This document shows positions 1-9,581 of a DNA stretch of 64,000 nucleotides, in pieces. The position numbers and the translations under genes were made by a program. Each line of letters begins with the position of its first letter. Position 1 is the stretch's first letter. The notes beneath the pieces were generated by a model. It had not been told where the DNA came from. It saw nothing but the letters and a program-made list of their open reading frames with translations, and did no database searches. Source of the stretch: an uncultured delta proteobacterium (GTDB taxonomy: Bacteria > Myxococcota_A > Polyangia > Polyangiales > B10-G4). Location of the stretch: the NCBI GenBank assembly GCA_963727445.1, contig CAVSGI010000008.1, forward strand, positions 224,001 through 288,000. The letters are read 5' to 3'.

Positions 1-99
1 TTTCCTCGACCTTGCGAGAATATCGTTCGATGCGTTTGGCGCACTCTTCGACCCAGCGCCTTCGCCTTGCCGATGACCAGCGCCTTCCGGTGCCCGTGT

Positions 100-528
100 C
101 TAAGGCACGATCATCCCACCCGCCGAGCTGTTTCGGCACTGGCCCTCCCGACACACCGGCATGCACGCCCAGGGCCCGCACTGGTGAGGCCAGGGACATC
201 CAGCCTCGTGAAAACGAGTGGTGATGGCGCGGAGTTGATCGGTCGTCGCGGAGTCGGTGATGCCGCCGCATCCGGCCTCGCCGATGACGGGGTCGAAGCA
301 CCCGCACTCGTCGTCCTGCGTGCAGGATCCGGTGGCGGTGCGCAGGACGCGACCGAACTCTTCCTGAATCGCCCGGCACGGATCGGCGTCGCTCTCCTCG
401 TCCGATGAGGGTGTGGACGGGGTCTGTGGCGGCGGTTGCGTCGACGGCTCCGCGGCGGGCTCCGCGCTTCGCTCGGAGCCGCATGCGATGACGAAGACGG
501 CCAGAAGCAACGGACGGATCTTCATCAT
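100..528 (-). CDS. Cys-rich lipoprotein, hypothetical
   Basis: Lipobox (LLLAVFVIAC), Pro/Ser linker, then Cys-rich domain (CTQDDECGCF...CREGQC); TACACT box 6 nt upstream of ATG. Confidence 0.8.
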   Translation of the reverse strand: MMKIRPLLLAVFVIACGSERSAEPAAEPSTQPPPQTPSTPSSDEESDADPCRAIQEEFGRVLRTATGSCTQDDECGCFDPVIGEAGCGGITDSATTDQLRAITTRFHEAGCPWPHQCGPWACMPVCREGQCRNSSAGGMIVP

Positions 529-595
529 CGGCCGAGTGTAGCGGTATCGCGCTTCCCGTGGTCGATGAACCGAAGGCCTCCTGGTGAAGTCCGGA

Positions 596-1252
596 TCAGT
601 CGACGTCCGGGGCGAGGAGCGCGGCGATCAGCGTGTCCGCCAGCCAGCAACGGTAGTGCTCGGCGGTCCACCCCGCGTGGGTCTCCATCATGCGGCGCGT
701 CTGGGGGCTGGCGAGCAGCCACAGGGTCCGTCCGGCGTCGCTCACCGTGAGGCCTGCCCGCAGGGCGCCGCGGTCGGCCAGCTTCCGCGCCAGCGTCTCG
801 AGGTTGGCGAAGCGGTTCTCTTGCGCGCGCACGTACAGCTCACGAACCTCGGGATCGGTGCGTGCCGCATGCTTCATCACGTGAAAGATCGGGCCCACCC
901 GATCCTGAATCTCGGTCATGTGCTCTGAAAAGCGAGTGAGCATCCGTCGGGGATCCGGCTCCTCCAACACCTCGCGCGCCCGACCGGTCCTCAGGATCGG
1001 TGTCGGCCCCGGCTCATTCGACACGAGTCGATCGAGCACGGCGGACAAGAGCCCACGCTTCGAGCCGAAGCCCGCGTAGATGGTGGGAACGGCGACCCCC
1101 GCCTCGCTTGCGAGGGTCGCCATCGTCGTCTCGGCGTAGCCGCGCTCGGCGAACACCCGGGTGGCGACCTCGATGACGCGCTCCCGGTTGGCGTCGGCGC
1201 GCCGCCTCCGTCGGCTCGCGTCGTATCGCCGCGATTCTTTCGCCTTGACCAT
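596..1252 (-). CDS. TetR/AcrR family transcriptional regulator
   Basis: C-terminal part of ORF 596..1792; HTH 'ATRVFAERGYAETTMATLASEAGVAVPTIYAGFGSKRGLL'; start set at ATG 1252 (MVKAKES). Confidence 0.92.
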   Translation of the reverse strand: MVKAKESRRYDASRRRRRADANRERVIEVATRVFAERGYAETTMATLASEAGVAVPTIYAGFGSKRGLLSAVLDRLVSNEPGPTPILRTGRAREVLEEPDPRRMLTRFSEHMTEIQDRVGPIFHVMKHAARTDPEVRELYVRAQENRFANLETLARKLADRGALRAGLTVSDAGRTLWLLASPQTRRMMETHAGWTAEHYRCWLADTLIAALLAPDVD

Positions 1253-1275
1253 TGGATATAAGTAGCACATATCTA
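1253..1275. promoter_or_regulatory. Candidate TetR operator between divergent tetR and methyltransferase genes
   Basis: AT-rich imperfect palindrome TGGATATAAGTAGCACATATCTA (T-GATAT...ATATC-A) in the 54-bp divergent spacer. Confidence 0.55.
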
Positions 1276-1306
1276 AATCAATCAACCGCCTACAAGGACG
1301 TGTTTC

Positions 1307-1816
1307 ATGGGCACCCCCATCGCCGAGACGCCCGTCGGATCGGCCCGACCCAAGCGCTCGTTCTGGCTCTACATCCCACCGCCTCTCCTGTTCGTCGGAA
1401 GCTTCGCCGCGGGCGTCCAGCTCGACTCGCGGCTCGTGTCCTCGGCGATGCCCGCGCAGGCCGCACCCGCCGCCTCGGCGGCGGGCATCGCGCTCATCTT
1501 CGCGGCGGGGCTGATGATCGTCGGCGCGCCGCTGCTCTTCGCCCTTCGCCGGACGACGATCATCCCGCACGCCGCAGCGAGGGTCCTGATCTCGTCGGGA
1601 CCCTACCGGATCAGCCGAAACCCGATGTACCTCGCGCTCGCGATCGCCTACGTCGGCGTCGCGTTGCTCTTCGATGTACTCTGGCCTCTGCTTCTGCTGC
1701 CGCTCCCCATTTGGGTCATGAGCACCCGAGTGATCCCCGTCGAAGAACACGCGCTCATGGAGGCCTTCGGCGACGAATACCGGGCCTATCAACGGCGCGT
1801 CCGCCGCTGGATCTGA
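1307..1816 (+). CDS. Isoprenylcysteine carboxyl methyltransferase (ICMT/PEMT) family membrane protein
   Basis: Hydrophobic helices plus 'LISSGPYRISRNPMYL...EEHALMEAFGDEYRAYQRRVRRWI' signature; AAGGAC RBS. Confidence 0.92.
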   Translation: MGTPIAETPVGSARPKRSFWLYIPPPLLFVGSFAAGVQLDSRLVSSAMPAQAAPAASAAGIALIFAAGLMIVGAPLLFALRRTTIIPHAAARVLISSGPYRISRNPMYLALAIAYVGVALLFDVLWPLLLLPLPIWVMSTRVIPVEEHALMEAFGDEYRAYQRRVRRWI

Positions 1817-2062
1817 GCGCTACCAGGCAGCCAACGGGACGGGTGCAGCCGTCGCGGTGAATCCCCCTATGCGGGGTCGTCGTTCGCTTCTACGTCGAAG
1901 GCCTCCGCGACCTCGTCCACCCGGTACGCGCGTGGGTGCTCGTCTCGATGGTGCGCAGCGGCGATGACGCGCTCGCGACGCGGGGGCGATGCTGTCGCGC
2001 TCCCCGCGTCTTCCTCGGGCTCCGGTGGCCAGCGCCGTCGCGCGGCCTCGAACGTCTCGTTT

Positions 2063-2200
2063 CTACTTCTTGCCTTTGGCAAGTGATTCTCCCTGCCCCA
2101 GACCGTCCTGCTTGTTCTTGGCCTTCTGCTTCTGCTTCTGTTTGGAGGCCGCCTGCTGGTTCTTGTTCTTCTGCTTCGACTTCGGAGACTTGTCTCCCAT
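2063..2200 (-). CDS. Small Lys/Gln-rich basic protein (45 aa)
   Basis: MGDKSPKSKQKNKNQQAASKQKQKQKAKNKQDGLGQGESLAKGKK; GAGGTG RBS; AAG/CAG codon use typical of real genes here. Confidence 0.7.
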   Translation of the reverse strand: MGDKSPKSKQKNKNQQAASKQKQKQKAKNKQDGLGQGESLAKGKK

Positions 2201-2237
2201 ATTCACCTCGTTTCGCGCGGCGCTTTGCCACGGGTCG

Positions 2238-3065
2238 TCAACCTTCACCACCGATGTCTCTGTTCATGGAATCGACGAGCAGATCCGCCTCGCCGTCGTC
2301 ATGCCGCGTGATCTGTCGCGTGAGCCGGACGAGCGCGGGGCGGTGGTCGTAAGTGGATCCTTCAGCGCGAACCGTCGCGATGAGCTGATCCAACTCCTCG
2401 AGGAGCGTTCGGTGCTCGTCCTGCAGGACGCCGACGCGGCGGTGGTTGTCGACGCCCGTTTCCACGAGCACGTCGAAGAGCCCGCCCGAGCTCTCCTCGT
2501 CGGCGAACCGGCGGCTGAGCACGTCGCGAAGCGCCAGTAGATCTTTCTTGAGCAGCTCGTTGATCACTGTCGGACCGTCGGGCTGTCCGCTGTGCCACTC
2601 CCCGTTGGTGGCCGTGCGGATGGACAGGACCGAGACCTCGAAGACCGATGCGTTCTTGCTGAATGGGTGATCGAAGTCGAGCGAGAGGGTGATCCCCTCA
2701 CGCCTCTCCACCTCCAGCGTCATATCGGATCCATCCAGGCCGCGGGCGTCGATCAGACTGCCGGGTGTCAGTTCGAAGAGACCCGACAATCGCTCGTTCG
2801 GCAAGGTGGCACGCCGCAGGACTCGTGCCTCGTGTCGGCGCCCCTCAGGCAGCGCGGCGGTGAAGATCTCGCCACTCTGGCGCCCCTCCATCTCCGCTTC
2901 GATCGCGTCGGGGAGCGAACCGCTGCCCCCATGCACGTAGTGCAGGAGCTCCGTGCTCGCAGCCAGGACTTCGCCGGCGGCATCGCGGATCACGAAGCGG
3001 TATCCGACGACGTCTCCCTTCTGAATTCGGCGCTCCTCCGGTGGGGCGCCTTCGTCTTCTTCCAT
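2238..3065 (-). CDS. SlyD-like FKBP domain fused to a C-terminal hemerythrin-like helical module
   Basis: Residues ~12-160 align by eye to SlyD (LHYVHGGSGSL..AIEAEMEG; DFDHPF; FEVSVLSIRTAT..E); C-terminus RFADEE...LQDEH..L...RHDDGEADLL...DIGGEG resembles hemerythrin-like proteins. Confidence 0.7.
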   Translation of the reverse strand: MEEDEGAPPEERRIQKGDVVGYRFVIRDAAGEVLAASTELLHYVHGGSGSLPDAIEAEMEGRQSGEIFTAALPEGRRHEARVLRRATLPNERLSGLFELTPGSLIDARGLDGSDMTLEVERREGITLSLDFDHPFSKNASVFEVSVLSIRTATNGEWHSGQPDGPTVINELLKKDLLALRDVLSRRFADEESSGGLFDVLVETGVDNHRRVGVLQDEHRTLLEELDQLIATVRAEGSTYDHRPALVRLTRQITRHDDGEADLLVDSMNRDIGGEG

Positions 3066-3323
3066 CTCTCATCTCGCTCGGCGGCGGGGGGAGCCCTGAC
3101 TACTCGCCGCGAGGAGTGGAGGCGCGCTGCGAAGAGCAGCGGTAGGGACAGCTTAACCACCCCCGTGGGGAAAAGCCATCCAAGCCTGGAGGAGGGTCAG
3201 ATGGCAGCGCCGCCTCCCTCCACATGTGTCACACTGGACCATCACGGAGCCTCAACTCTCCCTCGTCACCCTCGAGCTCGAGGACCGAGTCCCCAAATGG
3301 GGCGTGACGAAGCTGGAGAGCAC

Positions 3324-3578
3324 ATGTCCGAAGTCTCGCTCGCTCCCTACATTCTGACCGACGCCAATGGATCGAATCCGCGGATCATGATCGCGGTCAG
3401 GACCCCGGCCGCGCTGGTGATGGTCGAAAGCCAGGTTCCTCACAGGTTCCTCGTCCGATCCCACAATCGCGACGGCGTGAACATCGCGATCGACCTCGCC
3501 CGGCAGTACGCGCGCACGCACAAGGGCCGGCTGGACGTGCTTTATGCGCAGATGGAGCGGATTCGGCAGTCCACATGA
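3324..3578 (+). CDS. Hypothetical protein (84 aa)
   Basis: C-terminal part of ORF 2592..3578; GGAGAG RBS before ATG 3324; globular-looking composition. Confidence 0.6.
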   Translation: MSEVSLAPYILTDANGSNPRIMIAVRTPAALVMVESQVPHRFLVRSHNRDGVNIAIDLARQYARTHKGRLDVLYAQMERIRQST

Positions 3579-3747
3579 GCGCTTCGCGTGTCTGTTCGCA
3601 CGGCTCTTCAACGGAGCACTGAGCGTCGACCCGCCGCCCAGGTGCGGCCGGGTCGGATGACCTAGCGCCTCGGGGCGGTGGACCGGCCGCCCGTGATGGT
3701 CGTCGTAGGGCGCGAGCGGGTGCGGTGAGGGTCGCACCTGCACCCGA

Positions 3748-6481
3748 TCACTCTGGCGAAGGCGGCTCGGGCGAGGCGTTGCAGATCGCGCGCGTCACGA
3801 TGACGACGGCGCGGTAGCGAGACGGCGCGCGCATCTCGGCGCACTCCGCCTCGGCTTCTTCTTCTTCGCCGAGAGCGAGGAGGTTGCGACGGATCGCGAC
3901 GTGCTCGATGTAGCTGCCGGCACCCGATGGGTTGGTGAGATAGGTGCGCCACGCCTCGACGGCTTCCCGGTTGTGGCCCTCACGCTCGTGAGCCGCCGCG
4001 TCGGCGAGGATCTCGAGCGCCTGGGGCATCTCCTCCCGGGGCACCGGCTCGAGATCGTGGACCAGCGCCGGTGCGTGGGCGCCGACGAACCAGCGGACCA
4101 CCAGCACCGGCGTCACTTCGACCGCCAGCGGGTAGAGCTCGCGCAAAGGGTCTTCGGCGTCGGCGGCGATCAGGACCTCGCTCAACGAGCGGAGCAGGCG
4201 CCATCCATGGACGCCCGGGTCTCGACGCAGGCCATCGATCACCGCACGCGCGAGACGATCGCCGCGCGCGCGATCCCCCGCGGCATAGGCGCGCGCCGCA
4301 TGGTGGATCCGTCGCTCGGGCGCCCCGGGCGGATAGGTCTCGTCGACGAGAGCGTCGGCTTCATCGGCACGGCCGAGGAGCATCAAGGCGCCGACCCGGA
4401 GATCGATCGGTTGCCCTTCCTCCGACACCTCGGCGTAGCGCTTCTCGGCGAAGGTGATCTCGGCGGCGTAGCGCGTTGGCACGTCCGGGTCCGTGCGCAT
4501 CATCCGCTCGTAATCCCACGCCACGTCGAAGCGGCGCAGTCCGGTGGCGTAGCCGAGGGGGTGCAGAATGGCGATCTTGAAGCTGGGCGCCGATCGCATC
4601 ACCCGCTCGAACGTCTCGATGCCGGTGCGGTATCGACCCGAATGGTATTGGACCTCGGCCAGGGTGTAGCCGATGTCGCGATCGCGTGGGTTCTCCTCGT
4701 GAAGCGGGGTCAGGATCTCGACGCCGCGATCGTAGTCGTAGGTGAAGTAGGCGCTCAGGGCTTCGACCAGGGTGCGATCCCGGCGAGTGGTGGCGAGCTC
4801 GCCCGCCCTCTCGGCGGCGGCGAGGATGTCCTCGAGCTCCGCCGGCGCCCACGATCGCGCGAGCGCGAGGTAGTACCAGGCTTCGAAGAACTCCGGATCG
4901 CTCTCTACCGCGCGTTCGAGGTGCGTGATGGCGGCAGGCCACTGCTGCTCGGCGAGTGCGCGCGCCCCGAGGTCGTAGGCAGCGAGCCCCGACATGGAGT
5001 GGGTGGCCGCCGTGGGTGCGGTGGTCTGGATACCGAGGCGTTCGAAGGTCGCCTGCGCGAGCTGGGTCAGCGCCGCGTCCACGTCGGCCGCCTCCACGTG
5101 TACCTCGAGATCTTCGCGGTCTCCGAGTCCGCGAAGCCGAAGGTCCCCCGTAGCGCCGCTGGCTTCGGTGGCGACGATTCGCCCCTCGAGCAGGTGCGTC
5201 GCCCCCGCGCTCTGTGCGACGCGTTCCCAAGCCGGCGTGCTCGTCATGAACTCCGACACCATGCTCCGGAGATCCTGAGGCGACAGAAGCCGCAGCTCCG
5301 GCGCGTGACGGAGCAGCGTGGCGAGCACCTGCGCGAGTCCTTCGGAGCGCTCCGACGCGAGCCCTTCGACCTCGACTTCGAGGGGCGCGACCGCGAGCAC
5401 CAGAATCCTCCTGCGGCTCGGGCGCCGCGACATCCGGCGTCGAAGTGGAAGTCACCGGCGCCGGTGGGGACTGTCGCCCGACCCAGAGCAAGGCACCCAG
5501 CGCCGCGATCGCCGCGGCGGCGAGCGCCAGCCCCCACCAGGCGACGCCCTTCGGTCGAGTCGACCGCCCCGCATCGACGGTGGTCTGCGCGCCCCCGGCC
5601 GCGAGTGAGGCCGGCGGTGAAGTCGCGGTCGACGAAGCGACGCCCGCCGCCTGATTCAACGTCGCGGCGACCTCCGCCATCGGTGGGCGCGCTTCGGGCG
5701 CCGCGTCCAGCATGCGCGCGACGAGGTCCGCGATCGGCGCCTCGACGAGGCCCTCTTCGTCGAGTCGGGGTGGCGGCTGTCGGGTGGAGATGCGCTTCAA
5801 TGCTTCGGGGAGCGTGTCGCCCTCGAAGGGCAGGTCGCCACAGAGGAGCTCGTAGAGCGTCGTCCCGAGGGCGTAGGTGTCGGTGGCCTCGGAGGCGTCG
5901 CCACCTCCGAGGACCTCCGGCGGCATGTACGCAGGCGTCCCCACGATCAGCCCCGCGTGCGTCACCAGCGGGTTGCTCACGGTTCGTCCGTCGTCGGTGA
6001 GCAGGGGAGCCTCTTGCTCCGTGAGGGCGATGCCAAAGTCGACGACCTTCGCCTTCCCGGCGCGGGTCACCATGATGTTGTCGGGCTTGATGTCGCGATG
6101 AAGCACGCCGGCGGCGTGGGTCTCCACGAGCGCCGAGGCCACCTCGGCGATCAATCGGTAGAGGTCCGCTCGCGACAATCCAGCCGCGACTTCCTCACGA
6201 AGCGACCGTCCCTCGATCAGCTCCATCGCGATGTACTCGCGATCGTCGTGGACCCCAATCTCGTGGATCGTGACGACGCCTGGGATGTTCAGCGCCGCGA
6301 GGGCACGGGCCTCGCGGCGGAAACGCTTCCTGGCCACCTCGGATCCGGACACCGCCGAGTGGATCACCTTGATGGCCACCCGTCGTCGCAAGTCGGGGTC
6401 CTCGGCCACGAAGACCTCGCCCATCGCCCCGGCGCCGAGCGGCCGCACGATGCGGTAACGACCAATCTGGCCCTCCACCAC
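3748..6481 (-). CDS. Ser/Thr protein kinase with TM helix and extracytoplasmic TolB-N/TPR region (one frameshift at ~5404)
   Basis: Hanks motifs GAGAMG, VAIK, HRDIKPDN, DFG, GTPAYMPPE in ORF 4361..6502; TM helix; continues in ORF 3748..5433 (TPR repeats) if one base is removed from CAGAATC at 5401-5407. Confidence 0.88.
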
Positions 6482-6518
6482 GATGGATGAGCCTACCAGC
6501 ATCGGGCGGGGAGCCGCC

Positions 6519-7064
6519 TCAGAACGCGCCGAAGAAATAGACGGCCGGGCCGTTCTCGTCGTCGCTCTTGAAGAAGTCGACCATCGCGGCGTTGAGGTCG
6601 TCGAGCGTCAGCGTCCCGTCATTGTCGCGGTCGATCCTCGAGAAGGTCTCGCTCGCCTTGGCGTCGTCTGCGCGGATGGCCTTCAGGAACGACCGGAAAT
6701 CCGCCTCCTCGTGCACGCCGTTGCCGTCGGCGTCGATGATCGCGTGAAACAGCCCCGTCAGCCCACCGAGCACCTGGTCGAACATCGCGTCGTCGTTGAC
6801 GACGTTGTCCATGTAGATGAGCCACTCCTTGAGGGACACGCCGCCGCTCTTGTCGGTGTCTGCGACCGCCACCAGGCCGTCGTACATCCCCGCGTACTGC
6901 TGCGTGAGCTCCGCGAGGCGCTCGGGAGATCCATTCGGTCCCTGCACCTCGCCGACGCGCTCGACGATCAGCTCGAGGTCACTCATGTTGATCTCTCCGT
7001 CACCGTTGGAGTCCATCTTGGTGAAGAGGTAGGAGAGCTTTCGGTTCTGGAAGTCGGTCAGCAT
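6519..7064 (-). CDS. EF-hand calcium-binding protein, calerythrin/sarcoplasmic Ca-binding protein-like
   Basis: Four EF loops (DSNGDGEINMSD, DTDKSGGVSLKE, DADGNGVHEEAD, DRDNDGTLTLDD); MLTDFQNRK start and SDD..GP...FFG end typical of the family. Confidence 0.9.
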   Translation of the reverse strand: MLTDFQNRKLSYLFTKMDSNGDGEINMSDLELIVERVGEVQGPNGSPERLAELTQQYAGMYDGLVAVADTDKSGGVSLKEWLIYMDNVVNDDAMFDQVLGGLTGLFHAIIDADGNGVHEEADFRSFLKAIRADDAKASETFSRIDRDNDGTLTLDDLNAAMVDFFKSDDENGPAVYFFGAF

Positions 7065-7123
7065 CGGTCGCCTCGCGCGCTCGGGTGAAAGAGGGCGGAG
7101 TCTCTCCGTTGCATCGGGAAAGA

Positions 7124-8353
7124 TCAACGCCTACCCCTCTTGCCCGGTCTGAGCACGCGCCGCACGAAGCGCTCCGCGAGATCGGCGCGCGCCGACTCGG
7201 GGAGCATGCGGGTGGAGACCCCGTCGAGCGCGCGCGCGAGGGCACCCACGCTCTGGGCGTGCTGCGCGGTGGAGCTGCCTGCGAGCGAAGCCTCCGTGTC
7301 GTCGAGGTAGCGCGTCACGAAGCGGCGAAGGCGCGCCGGGGTCACCTCTGTGCGACGATGGGCTTCGCCGAGCGCCGCGCGGAAGCGTTCGTCGGCGAAC
7401 GCGAAGTTGCCCGTGCCGGCGATCGGCTTGGCGACGCGAGTCATCGCATCGAGGACGCGGTCGCCCATCGTCCGCGGCGCGCCGTAATCGATGCGCATGC
7501 GCAGCGTCTCTTCCGTCGGCTCGACCACCGCCCGCGTCGACACGTCCGTGCCGATGTCGTTTCCGACGAAGACAGGTGAATCGACGGTCGCTTCGAGGAG
7601 AGCCGCAGCGTTGCCCACGAAGTCGTCGATCGGCAGATAGTTGTGCAGCGCCTCTGCGGGGAGGTCGAGGCGCAGGTCGCGAAGTCCGAGCTGGCTCATC
7701 AACACCAGCGCCGCGAGGTACATGTGGATGCCAAAGGGCTTGCCGCCGTACCACGCCGTCTCCGTGTGCGCACCGACGAGCGTCGGGCGGATGATGCACA
7801 GAGGCGAGCCGCCGGGGCTGCGCGCGGCGTGGGCCAGCGCCAGCTCGGCGCCCCACTTGGTGACGAGGTAGGAGCTCTCGAGCTTCGGCGCGAGCACCAG
7901 GTCCTCGGGAACGACACCCGGTGCGAACCCGCCGACGTATGCCGTCGACACGTAGTAGAAGCGCGCATCCTGTCCTCGTGCATCCGAGAGCGCGCGATGG
8001 AGCGCGAGCGTGCCGCGTACGTTGACCTCGTGGGCGAAGGCGAGTTGCGAGGTCGACAGGCTCATGTGCGCGGCGCAGTGCCAGATCGCGTCGATGGGCT
8101 CGAGCCCCTGCGCCCCCGCGAGGCCAGCGGCGGTGGGATCGCCACCGGCTTCCCATGGGACGACGTGGATGTCGGGCGGGGCTCCTCCGTCGTCGAGTCC
8201 GAACCCTCGCCACGCCTCCTCGATCGCGAGCCTGGTACGGCTTCCCTTCGGGTCGCGTCGCGACAGACACGTCACGCGATGGCCGCGTGCCAGGAAGCCG
8301 ACGGCGAGGCATGCGCCCAGGTAGCCCGTCGCTCCCGTCAGTGCGATGTGCAT
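7124..8353 (-). CDS. Extended SDR oxidoreductase (male-sterility / thioester or acyl-CoA reductase-like)
   Basis: TGATGYLG, IWHCAA, VNVRGT, YVSTAYVGG, YxxxK (YLVTK), IIRPTLVG. Confidence 0.88.
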   Translation of the reverse strand: MHIALTGATGYLGACLAVGFLARGHRVTCLSRRDPKGSRTRLAIEEAWRGFGLDDGGAPPDIHVVPWEAGGDPTAAGLAGAQGLEPIDAIWHCAAHMSLSTSQLAFAHEVNVRGTLALHRALSDARGQDARFYYVSTAYVGGFAPGVVPEDLVLAPKLESSYLVTKWGAELALAHAARSPGGSPLCIIRPTLVGAHTETAWYGGKPFGIHMYLAALVLMSQLGLRDLRLDLPAEALHNYLPIDDFVGNAAALLEATVDSPVFVGNDIGTDVSTRAVVEPTEETLRMRIDYGAPRTMGDRVLDAMTRVAKPIAGTGNFAFADERFRAALGEAHRRTEVTPARLRRFVTRYLDDTEASLAGSSTAQHAQSVGALARALDGVSTRMLPESARADLAERFVRRVLRPGKRGRR

Positions 8354-8423
8354 CCGTCGACCCAGCGAGGCCGGACTATAGCAGCGGGCCCGTCGATCGG
8401 GCGATGTGTTACGGTCGGGGCCG

Positions 8424-9578
8424 ATGCCAGAGGCTCGTGAGTGGTCGGCGGTGGCCGAGGAGTTGCGACCCATCATCGTCGAGCACGCCGCCGCCGCTGA
8501 CCTGGCCGGCGAGCCCCGCGACGAAGTGATGCACGCGCTGGCCGAGAGCGGCCTCCTGCGCCTCGGGCTCCCCGTCGCCTACGGCGGCGCGGAGGTGGAG
8601 CCGCGCACGCTGGTGCAGGTCGTCGAAGCGATCGCCGCGATGGACGGATCGGCGGGCTGGCTCACCGCGATCAACATCATGGGCGCGCTCACCATGGCGC
8701 GCGTCGAGCGCAGAGTGGTCGACGAGATCTACGCCGAGCCGGGCGTATCTACCGCCGGCGTCTTCGCCCCCACCGCGATGGCCGAAGTATCGGCGGACGC
8801 ATACCGCCTCACCGGCCGCTGGACCTTCGCGAGCAACTCTCGCCACGCCGGGTGGTTCTTGTGCGGCACCGTCCTCGTCGAAGACGGCGCGATGGTGACC
8901 GCCGGCGGGCGCCCGGTGGTGCGGATGCTGGCGTTTCCCGCCGCGGACGTACGCATCCACTCGACCTGGGACACCTTGGGGCTTCGAGGAACGGGCAGCC
9001 ACGACATCGAGGTCCAGGAGAGCCTCGTGCCGAAGGCGCGCTCGCTGAGCCTCGTCGATCCCGGACTGGTCGCCGACGAGCCGCTGTACCGAATGCCCTA
9101 CTTCGGGATGTCCGCGACGTTGATGGCCGCGGTGGCGATGGGGATCGCGCGCGGCGCCGTGGCTCACGCCACGAAGGTCGCCGCCGAAAAGACGCCCCTG
9201 GGCAGTCGAAAGGCCGTGCTGGAGCGGCCCTACGCGCAGACGATGATCATCGACGCACGCACCACGCTCGACACGGCGGGCGCGCACCTCGCGTCCTGCC
9301 GTGACCTGGCCTGGGCCAACGCGCAGGCCGGCGAGGTGGACATGCAAGAGCGCGCCGAGCTTCGCCTGGCCGCGTGCAACGCGGTCACCGCGTCGGTGCG
9401 CGCGGTCGACCTCGCTCATCACGTCGTCGGCTCGAGCTCCGTGTTCCGGTCGAGCCCGCTCGAGCGCGCGCTGCGCGACGTCTTCACGCTGCGCCAGCAC
9501 GTGATGGTCGGTCCGTCGCTCATGGACGTCGCGACGCGGAGCCGTCTCGGTATCCGCGTCGACACGACGATGCTTTGA
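8424..9578 (+). CDS. Acyl-CoA dehydrogenase-superfamily flavin hydroxylase (HsaA/IacA-like oxygenase component)
   Basis: PVAYGG, DGSAGW, YRLTGRWTFASNS, TWDTLGLRGTGSHD, SPLERALRD. Confidence 0.88.
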   Translation: MPEAREWSAVAEELRPIIVEHAAAADLAGEPRDEVMHALAESGLLRLGLPVAYGGAEVEPRTLVQVVEAIAAMDGSAGWLTAINIMGALTMARVERRVVDEIYAEPGVSTAGVFAPTAMAEVSADAYRLTGRWTFASNSRHAGWFLCGTVLVEDGAMVTAGGRPVVRMLAFPAADVRIHSTWDTLGLRGTGSHDIEVQESLVPKARSLSLVDPGLVADEPLYRMPYFGMSATLMAAVAMGIARGAVAHATKVAAEKTPLGSRKAVLERPYAQTMIIDARTTLDTAGAHLASCRDLAWANAQAGEVDMQERAELRLAACNAVTASVRAVDLAHHVVGSSSVFRSSPLERALRDVFTLRQHVMVGPSLMDVATRSRLGIRVDTTML

Positions 9579-9581
9579 GCC

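Noticed and set aside
1867..2082. 71-aa minus-strand ORF downstream of the basic microprotein
   Set aside because: No RBS or recognisable motif; overlaps the microprotein; cannot be supported.
3140..3215. Possible c-di-GMP (GEMM) riboswitch or hammerhead ribozyme in the 3066-3323 spacer
   Set aside because: Lacks the GAAA-tetraloop/GCAAA pattern of GEMM and the CUGANGA/GAAA core of hammerheads; kept only as an unassigned structure.
3625..3750. Three GC-rich hairpins between convergent genes
   Set aside because: Best explained as terminators or 3' stabilisers; no second copy in the window to suggest a REP or MITE.
3901..6000. Long antisense or alternate-frame ORFs (also 8409..10379, 30572..31483, 33693..35441, 42676..44340, 53078..55210 and others)
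   Set aside because: Arg/Gly/Ala/Pro-rich shadows of real genes, expected in GC-rich DNA with few stop codons; no recognisable motifs.
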